Shown: positions 1 through 14,093, numbered from the stretch's first letter. The stretch is 64,000 nt of DNA from Octopus vulgaris (GCA_951406725.2 OX597825.1:61256001-61320000), one strand, 5' to 3'. Made by a program: numbers and translations. The notes: generated by a model from the sequence alone, not told the origin.

Positions 1-320
1 ACGCAAACATGCAAGCACACACACACGTGCATGCATGCACACACACATATACACACGCATACACACACACACACATACACTCACACACACAAATATAGAG
101 AGGAAGAAAGTATAACATTATGCCTCAGTAGGCTTTTAGTTGGTAATGTTCTCGTCACACTGCTTGGATATAATATGTAACTTGTGATGATTTAAAAAGC
201 ACTGCTTAAAGAAAAAAAATGAAATTTAATTTGTTTACAAAAAAATATAAAGTGTTTTCCTTATCATTTACAGCAGTGACTAAAAGGTTTGTTTGCAAAA
301 AGAACAACTAGACATACACC

Positions 321-710
321 TGTGTCATTCTGGTGGTTATGACGATGAGGGTTCCAGTCGATCCGATCAATGGAACAGCCTGCTAGTGAAATTAACATGT
401 AAGTGGCTGAGTACTCCACAGATATGTGTACCCTTAACATAGTTCTCAGAGAGATTCAGCATGACAGAGTGTGACAAGGATGGCCTTTCGAAATACAGGT
501 ACAACAGAAACAGGAAGAAAGAGCGAGAGAAAGTTCTGGGGAAAGAGTACATCATGGTTGCCCCCCCCTACCATTCCACACCCTGCTAGAGCCTCATGGA
601 GCTTTAGGTGTTTTTACTCAATAAACATAACGTCTGATCTGGGAATCGAAACTACGATCCTACGATCGCAAGTCTGCTGCCCAAACCACTGGGCCATTGC
701 ACCTCCACAC
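321..710 (-). mobile_element. tRNA-derived SINE, family D (my label)
   Basis: Minus strand begins GTGGAGGTGCAATGGCCCAGTGG with Pol III A/B-box-like motifs; head is homologous to copies at 7274-7568 and 39061-39360. Confidence 0.75.
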
Positions 711-965
711 TAGCCATACAACACACAAATTTGAAAAGAGAACCAAGTGGAGTGTGATTAAGACAGAAATGAAAGGCACAAGAGAAACCCTACTTGGGGA
801 GGGAAATGGCATGGAAATATTGGTTTCAAATTTTGGCACAAGGCCAGCAATTTCAAGGTGGGCTTAAGTCAATTACATCGACCTCAGTGCTCAACTGGTG
901 CTCATTTTATGGAACCTGAACGGATGAAAGGTAAAGTTGATCTTGGTGGAATTTGAATGTAGAAC

Positions 966-1087
966 ATGAGTGGCTGTGCGGTAAGTAGCTTGCTTACCAA
1001 CCACATGGTTCCAGGTTCAGTCCCACTGTGTGGCACCTTGGACAAGTGTCTTCTACTATAGCTTCGGGCGGACCAAAGCCTTGTGAG
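966..1087 (+). mobile_element. SINE family A, 5' fragment, adjoining a family B fragment (820-965, minus)
   Basis: GAGTGGCTGTGCGGTAAGTAGCTTGCTTACCAACCACATGGTTCCAGGTTCAGTCCC matches the family A head seen many times in the window. Confidence 0.8.
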
Positions 1088-1221
1088 GTATATACTCACA
1101 TTGGTGGTCACTAAGTGGAAAAGTGTAACATGAACTGCCTTTCCAAACATTTACCTCACCCAATCAGTAAGAGCCTCTCATAACAAAATTTCTTTTCTTT
1201 CCTTACTCTTTACAAAACGCA

Positions 1222-1280
1222 CTAGGGTTAGGGTTAGAGTTAAAGTTTTAAGGTTAGGGATAGGGTTTTAGAGTAGGGTT
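1222..1280 (+). repeat. Short degenerate interstitial telomere-like (TTAGGG)n tract, probably inside a transposon remnant
   Basis: TAGGGTTAGGGTTAGAGTTAAAG...GGTTAGGGATAGGG...TAGGGTT. Confidence 0.6.
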
Positions 1281-2398
1281 GTAATAAATAACAGTGACAA
1301 TCGAAAAATGCACCACCGATAGTTGTTGACAAACAATGGCAGTAATTTTATTCAGCTGAATACACGTCATTGATTGGTTAAAATTACCGAAATAAGAGAA
1401 CTTCAACATGAAATAACTTTATAGACATAAACTTTTCTCAAAATGCTAAGTGTAAAAGGTGTTTTATATGACACATTCTACCACTATACGAAGTTTGAAA
1501 GTGTTTAGTTACAAAAAATTATTTTTTAAATCTGTAGGTCAAAAGGTAAAGATCCCAAACGGCTAACTCAGCTCACAGCAATCATGACAAAAGCAACAAG
1601 ATATTGCTCTGTTATTCAAGTGAAACAAATATCTTAGAGATTGGGTTAAAAAAAAGTACTGAATTGTTTGGTTACTATTATTACACTGATGTTAAATCCT
1701 TTGGTGATACATACAGGTAAAAAAATTACATATATATATACAATAGGCTTTGGCTCAGCATCACTCAACCAAATGAGCCATAGATCAACTAATGAATAAC
1801 ATTGGGGTTAGTCATATGACTGCAAAGTGAAGTCAATTTTGGAGTCATTTAGTTTATTGATGGTTCAGAGGGAACAGAAAGAAAGATTGGTAGAATTTTC
1901 AATAGTTCATGTATTTTTTAAGTTTTAATTATTTGTAAGTCGATATAAGTTTGAATTAATTAAAATAATTAAAGAAATTTCCAGTGCTGAAATTAATGCA
2001 TAAATTATTCTTGGCAGTGATTCCCAATATTTCAGTTGTATTCATTCTATCCATTGTAAATATTTCAAAAATATAAATAATGTCAAATAAAATGTTCACT
2101 TTACTCTTCCAGATTTTATTTTTGTTTCAAAATATGGCAATAAAAATATATACAATAAAAATAAATAAATTTTTAAAAATAGACTTTTTGAAGAGGAAAA
2201 AAAAATCTTTAAGTCATGCATTATTTTCTTAATCTCAACATGTGTACGTTTGTGTATGAAGAACTGTACTTGAAATAATTCATTTCAATAGATTCATCTC
2301 ATGATACTGTTTAAAACTTTATCATTCATCTGTGTTGTGTTTGAGTATGCTTTGCTCACACATGTACACACTACAGAGACACATATAAATGCACACAT

Positions 2399-2437
<39 letters not shown>

Positions 2438-2551
2438 TATATAAATATATATATATACATATATATACATACCTATATATATATATATATATATCATATA
2501 TATATACACACACATATATACACATACACACATATATACATACATATATAC

Positions 2552-2594
<43 letters not shown>

Positions 2595-3631
2595 TATATA
2601 CACATACACACATATATACATACATATATACATATACACATATGCATATATACATACATATATATATATGTATGTATGCATGTGTGAATAGATATATAGA
2701 TAAAGTGGATGGATATGTGCGTGTGTGTGTGTATATATATATATATATAAAGTACTGTATGTATGCATATACATTAGATACAGAGATATAGCAAGGTAAA
2801 AAAATACACGTACCATACATACGAAGAGAGAAGATAAAGACTGAACAAAATTTAGTTTTAAACTTGGTTTCCAAAATATTTTCTCAAGAAAATATTGGTA
2901 CGCAACTCATATCACTATATATCTTATATCTTACACAAGAATATATAAAACAAACCATGCATAAAGAAATAGCTTGTCAACATTTTAAGATATCTGGTTT
3001 TGTTTGCATCTGACATTAAATAGGTTTTTAGAATTTATTCTGTGCATCAGTTTGTATGGAATTTTCAAAGAATCTTATGCAAAGTAGTTAAGCTACTTTC
3101 TCCTTCTATATTTTGTTAAGATAGAAAATACAAAAGATATGTTATCTTATCAAGTCTGTGTACTATCATATAGGATTGTCCCAAAAGAGACTGAATGTGC
3201 ACAATATTTAGTGTATATTGATTAAATAAGAAATAAAAATAACAATAACAATAACAACAGCAGCCAAAAAAAAAAAAACACACACACAAACAGTTGAAAA
3301 ACAACACAGAGAATTTAGAGAAGATGCAGTGCAACAAGACTGAATCAATATTTATTAGGTACAATGGTCATCATAGATTAAGTTGCGTTTACTTTGACTT
3401 TTAGCTGTTGATGTATTGGCAAAAATGAAGAATACTGTCAGAAACATTCCAGACCATTAAATCCCCAATATCTATATACCCAAATACCCAGAAACATCTT
3501 GTATTCTACAATTACAACAAAAGGATAATACTCCAGCATTATTCTAAAAATGCTATTACTTTCACCTATTGTGAATAAACATGAAAACGTACATTGAAAG
3601 AACTAAACAACAACAACAGCAACATTCTATA

Positions 3632-6426
3632 CACTATCAATACCTACTACCTTAAACTTCCAAATGCCCTTGTCTATCTGGATGCCTTTACAAGGTCTTC
3701 CAAGTGCTAGATATAGCAGCTAAATCATCTTCATATCAAATAATATTCTTTTAGAAAACAAGAAGTCACACTATCAATACCTACTACATTAAACTTCCAA
3801 ATGCCCCTGTTTCAAGTGCTAGATATAGCAGCTAAATCATCTTCATATCAAATAATATTCTCTTAGAAAACAAGAAGTCACACTATCAATACCTACTACG
3901 TTAAACTTCCAAATGCCCTGTCTATCTGGATGCCTTTACAAGATCTTTCAAGTGCTAGATATAGCAGCTAAATCATCTTCATATCAAATAGTATTCTCTC
4001 AGAAAACAAGAAGTCACACTATCAATACCTACTACATTAAACTTCCAAATGCCCCAGTCTATCTGGATGCCTTTACAAGGTCTTTCAAGTGCTAGATATA
4101 GCAGCTAAATCATCTTCATATCAAATAATATTCTCTTAGAAAACAAGAAGTCACACTATCAATACCTACTACATTAAACTTCCAAATGCCCCTGTCTATC
4201 TGGATTCCTTTACAAGGTCTTCCAAGTGCTAGATATAGCAGCTAAATCATCTTCATATCAAATAATATTCTTTTAGAAAACAAGAAGTCACAATATCAAT
4301 ACCTACTACGTTAAACTTCCAAAGGCCCCTGTTTCAAGTGCTAGATATAGCAGCTAAATCATCTTCATATCAAATAATATTCTCTTAGAAAACAAGAAGT
4401 CACACTATCAATACCTACTACATTAAACTTCCAAATGCCCCTGTTTCAAGTGCTAGATATAGCAGCTAAATCATCTTCATATCAAATAATATTATCTTAG
4501 AAAACAAGAAGTCACACTATCAATACCTACTACGTTAAACTTCCAAAGGCCCCTGTCTATCTTGATGCCTTTACAAGGTCTTTCAAGTGTTAGATATAGC
4601 AGCTAAATCATCTTCATACCAAATAATATTATCTTAGAAAACAAGAAGTCACACTATCAATACCTACTACATTAAACTTCCAAATGCCCCTGTCTATCTG
4701 GATGCCTTTACAAGGTCTTTCAAGTGTTAGATATAGCAGCTAAATCATCTTCATATCAAATAATATTCTCTTAGAAAACAAGAAGTCACACTATCAATAC
4801 CTACTACATTAAACTTCCAAATGTCCTTGTCTATCTGGATGCCTTTACAAGGTCTTTCAAGTGTTAGATATAGCAGCTAAATCATCTTCATATCAAATAA
4901 TATTCTCTTAGAAAACAAGAAGTCACACTATCAATACCTACTACATTAAACTTCCAAATGCCTCTGTCTATCTGGATGCCTTTACAAGGTCTTTCAAGTG
5001 TTAGATATAGCAGCTAAATCATCTTCATATCAAATAATATTCTCTTAGAAAACAAGAAGTCACACTATCAATACCTACTACATTAAACTTCCAAATGCCC
5101 CTGTCTATCTGGATGCCTTTACAAGGTCTTTCAAGTGTTAGATATAGCAGCTAAATCATCTTCATATCAAATAATATTCTCTTAGAAAACAAGAAGTCAC
5201 ACTATCAATACCTACTACATTAAACTTCCAAATGCCCCTGTCTATCTGGATGCCTTTACAAGGTCTTTCAAGTGTTAGATATAGCAGCTAAATCATCTTC
5301 ATATCAAATAATATTATCTTAGAAAACAAGAAGTCACACTATCAATACCTACTACATTAAACTTCCAAATGCCCCTGTCTATCTGGATGCCTTTACAAGG
5401 TCTTTCAAGTGTTAGATATAGCAGCTAAATCATCTTCATACCAAATAATATTCTCTTAGAAAACAAGAAGTCACACTATCAATACCTACTACATTAAACT
5501 TCCAAATGCCCCTGTCTATCTGGATGCCTTTACAAGGTCTTTCAAGTGTTAGATATAGCAGCTAAATCATCTTCATATCAAATAATATTCTCTTAGAAAA
5601 CAAGAAGTCACACTATCAATACCTACTACATTAAACTTCCAAATGCCCCTGTCTATCTGGATGCCTTTACAAGGTCTTTCAAGTGTTAGATATAGCAGCT
5701 AAATCATCTTCATATCAAATAATATTCTCTTAGAAAACAAGAAGTCACACTATCAATACCTACTACATTAAACTTCCAAATGCCCCTGTCTATCTGGATG
5801 CCTTTACAAGGTCTTTCAAGTGTTAGATATAGCAGCTAAATCATCTTCATATCAAATAATATTCTCTTAGAAAACAAGAAGTCACACTATCAATACCTAC
5901 TACATTAAACTTCCAAATGCCCCTGTCTATCTGGATGCCTTTACAAGGTCTTTCAAGTGTTAGATATAGCAGCTAAATCATCTTCATACCAAATAATATT
6001 CTCTTAGAAAACAAGAAGTCACACTATCAATACCTACTACATTAAACTTCCAAATGCCCCTGTCTATCTGGATGCCTTTACAAGGTCTTTCAAGTGTTAG
6101 ATATAGCAGCTAAATCATCTTCATATCAAATAATATTATCTTAGAAAACAAGAAGTCACACTATCAATACCTACTACATTAAACTTCCAAATGCCCCTGT
6201 CTATCTGGATGCCTTTACAAGGTCTTTCAAGTGTTAGATATAGCAGCTAAATCATCTTCATATCAAATAGTATTCTCTTAGAAAACAAGAAGTCACACTA
6301 TCAATACCTACTACATTAAACCCCCAAATGTCCTTGTCTATTTGGATGCCTTTACAAGGTCTTTCAAGTGCTAGATATAGCAGCCAAATCATCTTCATAT
6401 CAATATTCTCTTAGAAAACAAGAAGA
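3632..6426. repeat. Tandem satellite, 21 units of ~137 bp (three are 112-bp deletion variants)
   Basis: Unit CACTATCAATACCTACTACATTAAACTTCC...AGAAAACAAGAAGTCA starts at 3632, 3769, 3881, 4017, 4154, 4291, 4403, 4515, then every 137 bp to 6296. Confidence 0.97.
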
Positions 6427-7053
6427 CATTAGATAATGTTCTCTTAATTGAACTATGACTAGGAAAAAGAAATGGAAAAGCAAAAGGATGTTTACAATTG
6501 GAATGCCTTTGATCATGAGCAGGTTTGTTTAATCATAGGTTAGAATTAATGCTAAACAAACAACAAAGGGTCCAAGACATCCATGAGTCCAAAGAGATCC
6601 ATAATTATGTTCCAGCTCTTTATGATTTGCCTGTCTATACTGAGGACATAACTGCAACCAAAATAATTCATTCAAAAACTGATTGTGCTTCAGACAATGA
6701 AATATTGCATGGCATAGTGACGGGTGATAGAGTATTGAAAGTCAGAAATACAGGCTATCTTGGATGCATACAAACATTTCAATCAGCATTTAATTCAATT
6801 CAAACAGAACTATGAACTTTGAATGGATCAGTTAAAAATGACAAGCATGAATCTAGTGATGAAGATTGCAATAAAATAAACTTAAATATTCCTTATTAAA
6901 GAAATGTTATTTTTTCTAATCTTAAACAACTACAATGGTACCAAGTTTATAAACAGAGAGGGAGAAAAAGTATGACATTACTTTTCAGCATACATATATA
7001 TAAAACAAAGACATGACACCAGAAAAACCAAATGTTATGTACTGAACTCCATT

Positions 7054-7134
7054 AGCTTACAGTCATTTCTGCTATAGGATGAGGAGTGCTCTTAGTTGAG
7101 TATCAGGATAACATCCTATAGCTTCATCAGAGCC
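7054..7134 (-). ncRNA. Type I hammerhead ribozyme motif in a Penelope-like terminal repeat
   Basis: Minus strand GGCT-CTGATGA-A-GCTATAGGATG-(loop)-CATCCTATAGC-A-GAAA-TGACTG-TA-AGCT: intact core, perfect 11-bp stem II, stem I; partial second copy at ~7710-7790. Confidence 0.7.
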
Positions 7135-7273
7135 TTGAATATGAGGTGCACTTTATTTGGGAAAGTTGATGGATATGGAAAGTTCTATTCCAGGATAGAA
7201 AAAAGTATGCAAAATGTATGCATGCCTAAGCAAAATGTGTGTGAGTGTGTGTACATATATATATATGTTTGTT

Positions 7274-7568
7274 CCTTCTCGAGCCATGCCTGGCTCATAA
7301 GGGCCAGTTTCCCAGTTTCCTTGGCATATAGGTTCCCCACCTGGACAGGATGCCGGTCCATCATAGGTGAGCTGCTAGATGCATGAGGAAAGAGTGAGAG
7401 AAAGTTGTGGCGAAAGAGTCAGCAGAAGTTCACCATTACCTTTTGTCGGAGTTGCATGGAGCTTAGCTGTTTCACTCATAAACACACACATCACCTGGTC
7501 TGAGATTCAAACCCGTGATCTCTTGACCGCGAGTCCACTGCCCTAACCACTAGGCCATGTGCCTCCAC
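7274..7568 (-). mobile_element. SINE family D
   Basis: Head GTGGAGGCACATGGCCTAGTGGTTAGGGCAGTGGACTCGCGG on the minus strand. Confidence 0.8.
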
Positions 7569-7656
7569 TATATATGTGTATATATGTATATATATATAAG
7601 TGTGAATGTGTGTGTTTGTGTATGTGTGTATGTGTATATATGCATGTATAAATGTA

Positions 7657-7708
<52 letters not shown>

Positions 7709-7809
7709 TATAAAACAAACATATGACACCAGAAAAGCCAAATGTTATGTAATGAACACCATTAGATTACAGCCATTTCTGTTATAGGATTAAATGAACT
7801 CTTAACAAT

Positions 7810-8070
7810 ATTGTCAAGCGATATTGGGGGGGGGGGACAAACACAGAGACACAAACATATACACACACAAATACATACACATACATATATATATAAATAC
7901 ATATATACGATGGGCTTCTTTCAGTTTCCATCTACCAAATCCACTCACAAGGCTTTGGTCAGCCTGAGGCTATAGTAGAAGACACTTGCCCAAGGTGCCA
8001 TGCAGTGGGACTGAACCCGGAACCATATGGTTGGTAAGCAAGCTACTTACCACACAGCCACTTTTGCACC
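7810..8070 (-). mobile_element. SINE family A (partial)
   Basis: Reverse complement of family A head and CORE-like GGCACCTTGGGCAAGTG segment. Confidence 0.85.
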
Positions 8071-8148
8071 TCTCTCTATATATATACACATACATATATA
8101 GTTATTTATACAAAAATAAATATATATATATATATATATATGTATGCA

Positions 8149-8205
8149 TAGATAGATAGATAAATAGATAGATAGATAGATAGATAGACAGATAGATAGA
8201 TAGAC

Positions 8206-8271
<66 letters not shown>

Positions 8272-8297
8272 ATAGATTGATAGATTGATAGAAAGAC

Positions 8298-8370
<73 letters not shown>
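8149..8370. repeat. (TAGA)n microsatellite
   Basis: Directly visible. Confidence 0.97.
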
Positions 8371-10125
8371 TAAGGTGAAAGAGAGCTGTATATACAATCA
8401 ACATCATCATCATCATCATCATCATTACTTTTGCAGCTTCTTTTACAAGCTCTGCATATTTTTAAGCATCTATTTATATGTGATTCAAGATGCAAACCAT
8501 CGTATATTAATTGCAAAATAAAAATAACAACAACACCAGCATTAGCAACAAAAGTAAGTATAATAATCATTCAGTAAACACTCTGAGCTGAAAAACATAT
8601 TGATAGCTTTCACACTGGTAAAAACAAAGCCAAATACATGCATTTATAAATGTGTCTATGTGTGAGCATTGTGTGCATGTATGTATGTGCATGTTGTATG
8701 TGTATCTGTGTGCGTTTGTATTTGGATTCCAGGACCATTTAACAAACTGTATTTGTTTGAGATATAATCTACAGAAAGTATCAGGTACAGGAGGCAACTT
8801 GAGAATCTATAGCTACATGCTAGAGATATAAAGAAAGCATAACAGTGTTGGCGTCATGCAGCTTTATATACGTCTATAATATATCCTTAATGGCTTTTTG
8901 AAGAGGTTTTGTGGTTAATGAGAAAGAGCCATTTGCACTGATCGTACTAATTCAGAGTGCTTGTAAAAAACGTTTGGTACATATGAATATATATAAATAT
9001 ATATATGTACATACATACATATATATATATAGATACATATATATATATACATGCATATATATATAAACATATATATATACATAAGTAAAATGTGCATTTA
9101 AGTACATAAATATATTGGTATGGCACGTGTGTATATATATATATATTTATATTTATTTATCTATATGTATACAAATACTGATATATATATTTACATAAAT
9201 ACATGATATATATATATATATACCCACACACATACACAAATGTGTATATATATATATCTATATATATATATATTTGTATATATATATATATATATATGTG
9301 TGTATATGTATATGTATATAAATAAATATATATATATATTCATGAATATATGTATATATGTATATATATATATATGTATATATGTATATATATAAATATA
9401 TATGCATGTATTCATGTATATATATATATATATTCATAAATATATGTATATATGTATATATATGCATGTTTTCATGTGTGTGTGTGTACATATATATATT
9501 TATATATACATGAATGCATATATATGTGTGTGTGTATGCATGTATTTAAACCATCATTAGAAATCGTTTTTGTAATAAAAAAAAGGGAAATATTTAAATC
9601 TAGTTATTTATTATGTGACTATAAAAATTATCAAGTTAATTGAGAGATGTCGCTGAAAATAATTCCTCAGTTAATAATAATGCACAAATCCATATTTTTG
9701 ACTAACCATAGCGTATGTTAATTGAATTAATTGTGAATTCGAAAATGATGAAAGAAAAAATGTAAAATATTTAGCAATAATTTTCCTCTTTTTATTGCTT
9801 GAGATATTCTTAATCACCACCATTATTATTTTACCCACTGCAATAGTAACTTTTTACATGGTAGCTGATGTTGTATGCATTGTTTTTTTCTCTTATCTTT
9901 CATGATGTATCTTAATTCCTTCGATCGTATACTATCTCATTATCTGATGTCCCAGGTTCTTCACTGAATATAAATTTTTTTTCGTCTAACCCCTCAACTA
10001 ATATTTTTCAAAGCAATTCTTTATTCACTGTATAGAAACCATTTTTTAAATCTATGTTGCTCTAGCAGCATATACATGTCTATGAATATCTATATATTTA
10101 TGTGAAATATGTGTGTGTGTATATC

Positions 10126-10187
<62 letters not shown>

Positions 10188-10214
10188 CGTGCGTGCATGC
10201 GTGTGTGTGTGTAT

Positions 10215-10622
10215 ACTCTCTTTTATTCGCTTTTACTTCTTTCAATCATTTGACTGCCGCCATGCTGGAGCACCGCCTTTAGTCCACCAAATCGACCCCA
10301 GGACTTATTCTTTGTAAGCCTAGTACTTATTCTATCGGTTTCTTTTGCCAAACCGCTAAGTTACAGTGACGTAAACACACCAGCATCAGTTGTCAAGCAA
10401 TGTTGGGGGGGACTAACACAGACACACAAACATACACACACATATATATACATATATACGAATGGCTTCTTTCAGTTTCCATCTACTAAATCCACTCACA
10501 AGGCTTTGGTCAACCCGAAGCTATAGTAGAAGACACTTGCCCAAGGTGCTACACAGTGGGACTGAACCCAGAACCATGTGGTTCGTAAACAAGCTACTTA
10601 CCACACAGCCACTCCTACACCT
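10215..10622 (-). mobile_element. SINE family A, near full length
   Basis: Full head, internal microsatellite and tail. Confidence 0.9.
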
Positions 10623-10694
10623 ATATATATATGTATGCATGCATGTATGTATGTATGTATGTATATATGTATGTATATATATATATATATGAAT

Positions 10695-10735
<41 letters not shown>

Positions 10736-10773
10736 CATACATACATACATGCATACATACATACATACATACA

Positions 10774-10824
<51 letters not shown>

Positions 10825-11158
10825 GAAGGCGCATGGCTCAGTGGTTAGAGCAGCGAGCTTACGATCGTGAGGTTGTGAGCTCGAATCCCGGACCGGGCTG
10901 CGTGTTGTGTTCTTGAGCAATGCACTTTATTTCACGTTGCTCCAGTTCACTCAGCTGTAGAAATGAGTTGCGACATAACAGGTGCCAAGCTGTATCGACC
11001 TTTGTCTTTCCCTTGGATAACATCGGTGGCGTGGAGAGGGAGGCTGGTATGCATGGGCGACTGCTGGTCTTCCATAAACAACCTTGCCCGGACTTGTGTC
11101 TAGGAGGGTAACTTTCTAGGTGCAATCCCATGGTCATTCATGACCGAAGGGGGTCTTT
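10825..11158 (+). mobile_element. tRNA-derived SINE family C (V-domain-like centre)
   Basis: GGCGCATGGCTCAGTGGTTAGAGC A-box, GCTCGAATCCC B-box, GTGTTCTTGAGCAATGCACTTTA; inverted homologue at 13812-14096. Confidence 0.85.
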
Positions 11159-11769
11159 ATATATATATATATATATATATCCTGTATTGGCTGTATCATC
11201 TAGACTATTGGATATTGTTACACACCACTAGTCACAATATTTTTCCAATTCTTTCTTATTTATGTCATTATTTTTTATATTAGCCAAAACGTTTTAACTA
11301 AATCACTTTGCCATCATCACAGATTGTTCTGCATAACCTTTTCTGATTCCTTGGACAACTCTTGGCAACCTGGTGTGTACACTTGTTGACTATGAACTTT
11401 GTAACTTCTACAGCCTTGCAGAACATTTGTTTTCAGCAATCTGTGGTTATGCCATACACCCAACTGTATTCTTGAATCATCCCGATTCAGAAATGCTCTT
11501 GCAATGAGATTTCTAGACAGGCTCTTTCCTCAAAGACACCAGGTACCACTCAGTCATGCTAACTACTAGTTGATATGCCACATTTAAATATTCTTCTGAA
11601 CTCATTTACTGTATAACTATTTTTAAGTAAATTCATGATAAATAATACATTTGACTATTTTATCTATTGTTTTTCATGTGACTAGCATCCCTGTGTAAAC
11701 TGACCCAGTTATTTATATTTTCATAAATGCCAAATTTCCTTCACCTAACCCTGTACAATAGTATATGTA

Positions 11770-12944
11770 TCTCTTATTATAAAAGGCAGATTTTATCTGC
11801 CTCCCTTTGGGAGTTATACAAATCTACAATATAGGATTTCTTCAATTACAATTTACCTAGCATTTTTAACAGTACAATGCATCGCGTCATGCCAGGTCCA
11901 GTTTTTAAAATTTAAACTCCAATTAAGCAAAATTTACAGAAAACTCACATTCTGGTGTGTGTGTCAAATGCTTTTCTTAGTCTGGTTTACACCACACGCA
12001 AACGCACACACACAGTGGGCAACGAATAAAATGAAAGTAAATGTAATATTTGTTTCTGTCTATCACGCTGATAGATACATGAGTAAAATGTATGGGAAGC
12101 TAACAGATAACAGTGAGTGAAAATGTTCTTGGAAGAGAGTAAATTAGCGACAGTGATTTGAGGAAGACTAAACTGAAACTATGAAACAGTGTTTATGTAT
12201 AAACAGACGACACTTATATAAACCCTTTCGTTACCAAACCGCCCGAATTTACCTATTCATATTTAAATGAGAATATCAGAGTAAATCTCTTTAGTACATT
12301 CGTGAAAACACGTATTATACTTCGTAAACACTTCAAATACAGTTTTGTACAAAAATCGAAGTGTAATTTTAATTCCGTGAATTATGGGAGATTTTTTTTC
12401 CGAAATTTGTTCCTATTGTGTTTTCAAAATTTGTAATTCTGACAAAAAATGGATACGAATTTCATTATATCAAGCAGCGAGTCAGAATTCGAAGGATTTT
12501 CTACTGAAGACCTTCATAAATCTAACTCTATGACTGAAAAAAAAAAGCATCTTTATATAAGAGTGAAGTTGTGTGTCTGTCCCCTTCGATTTACATTCGT
12601 AATTACTCCCACATTTTGCGGTGCAGTTTAACCAAAAGCGGGTATCTTATAGTCGTGATTCATATCGAGCCCTTCTGGGTATTAGCGCGCGTCTACGATG
12701 AGTCTACGATTTTAAAAAAATTTACCATCATATTTTTCCATTTTAATGCATTTTTTTCGCTTTTATATAAGGGAAGTAACTCTCTAAGAATATCTACGAT
12801 GTGTCAACGATTTAAAAAAAATTTACCTTAATTTTTTTTCAATTTTTAATGCATTTTTTTTGCTATTTTTTGGCTATAACTCTCTAAAAATGCTTATATA
12901 GTTATTTCCCTTACAACCCGAGCAATGCCGGGCGATACTGCTAG
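11770..12944 (+). mobile_element. Non-autonomous composite Helitron
   Basis: A|TCTCTTATTATAAAAG 5' end; 3' hairpin CCCGAGCAATGCCGGG then CTAG|T; inserted between A and T with no TSD; second Helitron-type 5' end A|TCTTTATATAAGAG at 12550. Confidence 0.8.
12223..12545 (+). mobile_element. piggyBac-like 5' fragment inside the Helitron
   Basis: Begins AA|CCCTTTCGTTACC; short ORF start MDTNFIISSSESEFEGFSTEDL resembles the acidic S-E-F-E-G-F N-terminus common in piggyBac-derived transposases. Confidence 0.5.
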
Positions 12945-13014
12945 TGTATATATATATTTATATAAGTATGCATATGTTTAAATATATACTATATATATAA
13001 TAGTATATATATAT

Positions 13015-13395
13015 AGGCATAAGAGTAGCTGTGAGGTAAGTAGCTTGCTTACCAACCACATGGTTCAGGTTCAGTCCCACTGCATGACACCTTGGGCAAG
13101 TGTCTTCTACTATAGCCTTGGGCCAACCAAAGCCTTGTGAGTGGATTTGGTGGACAGAAACTGAAAGAAGCCCATCGTATATATGTATATATATATATAT
13201 GTGTGCATGTGTATTTTTGTGTGTCTGTGTTTGTCCTCCCAACATCGTTTGACAACCGATGCTGGTGTGTTTACGTCCCCGTAACCTAGCAGTTTGGCGA
13301 AAAAGATCGATAGAATAAGTACTAGGCTTACAAAGAATAAGTCCTGGAGTAGATTTGCTTGGCCACAGTCAAATGACTGAAACAAGTAAAAGAGT
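13015..13395 (+). mobile_element. SINE family A
   Basis: Head-to-tail match to family A with an internal deletion near the tail. Confidence 0.9.
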
Positions 13396-13811
13396 ATATG
13401 TATATATATATGTATGTATATATATAAATATATATGTATGCATATGTATATGTATGTATGTATTCACATGCACATATATACATCATTTTCAGCCAACCAC
13501 ACTATTAGATGTTATTTTACACAACTGGTCACAACGCACTTCCTTGCATTGTTGCAGTTTTCAAATATATATATATGTATATAACTATGTACGCATGCAG
13601 GTGTATGTATATATGCATATACATACACCTGAACATGCACATACACATATACATATGTATATATTCATATACATGAGTCTGTATCTTTCACACTCTGTTT
13701 CTTTCTTTCTCTGTATACATATATATATTCTTTTACTTGTTTCAGCCACCCGACAGCCACCATGCTGGAGCACCAACTCCATATATATATATATATACAT
13801 ATATATAAAAA

Positions 13812-14093
13812 AAGACCCCCTTCGGTCATGAATGACCATGGGATTGCACCTAGAAAGTTATCCTCCTAGACACAAGTCCGGGCAAGGTTGTTTATGGAAG
13901 ACCAGCAGTCGCCCATGCATACCAGCCTCCCCTCTCCACGCCACCAGTGTTATCCAAGGGAAAGACAAAGGTCGATACAGCTTGGCACCAGTGACGTCGC
14001 AACCCATTTCTACAGCTGAGTGAACTGGAGCAACGTGAAATAAAGTGCCTTGCTCAAGAACACAACACGCAGCCCGGTCCGGGATTCGAGCTT

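Noticed and set aside
1222-1280. True telomere or chromosome fusion site
   Set aside because: Only a few degenerate units, in one orientation, in mid-sequence
3632-6426. 137-bp array as a CRISPR-like or coding repeat
   Set aside because: No unique spacers, unit length is not a multiple of 3, stops are present, and the context is eukaryotic with no cas genes
10462-10692. Recurrent peptide [23 protein letters not shown] in many ORFs, suggesting a gene family
   Set aside because: It is the antisense translation of SINE family A
10825-10900. tRNA gene calls for SINE heads (also 39061 and others)
   Set aside because: A/B boxes are present but continue into dispersed SINE bodies; no complete cloverleaf or Pol III terminator
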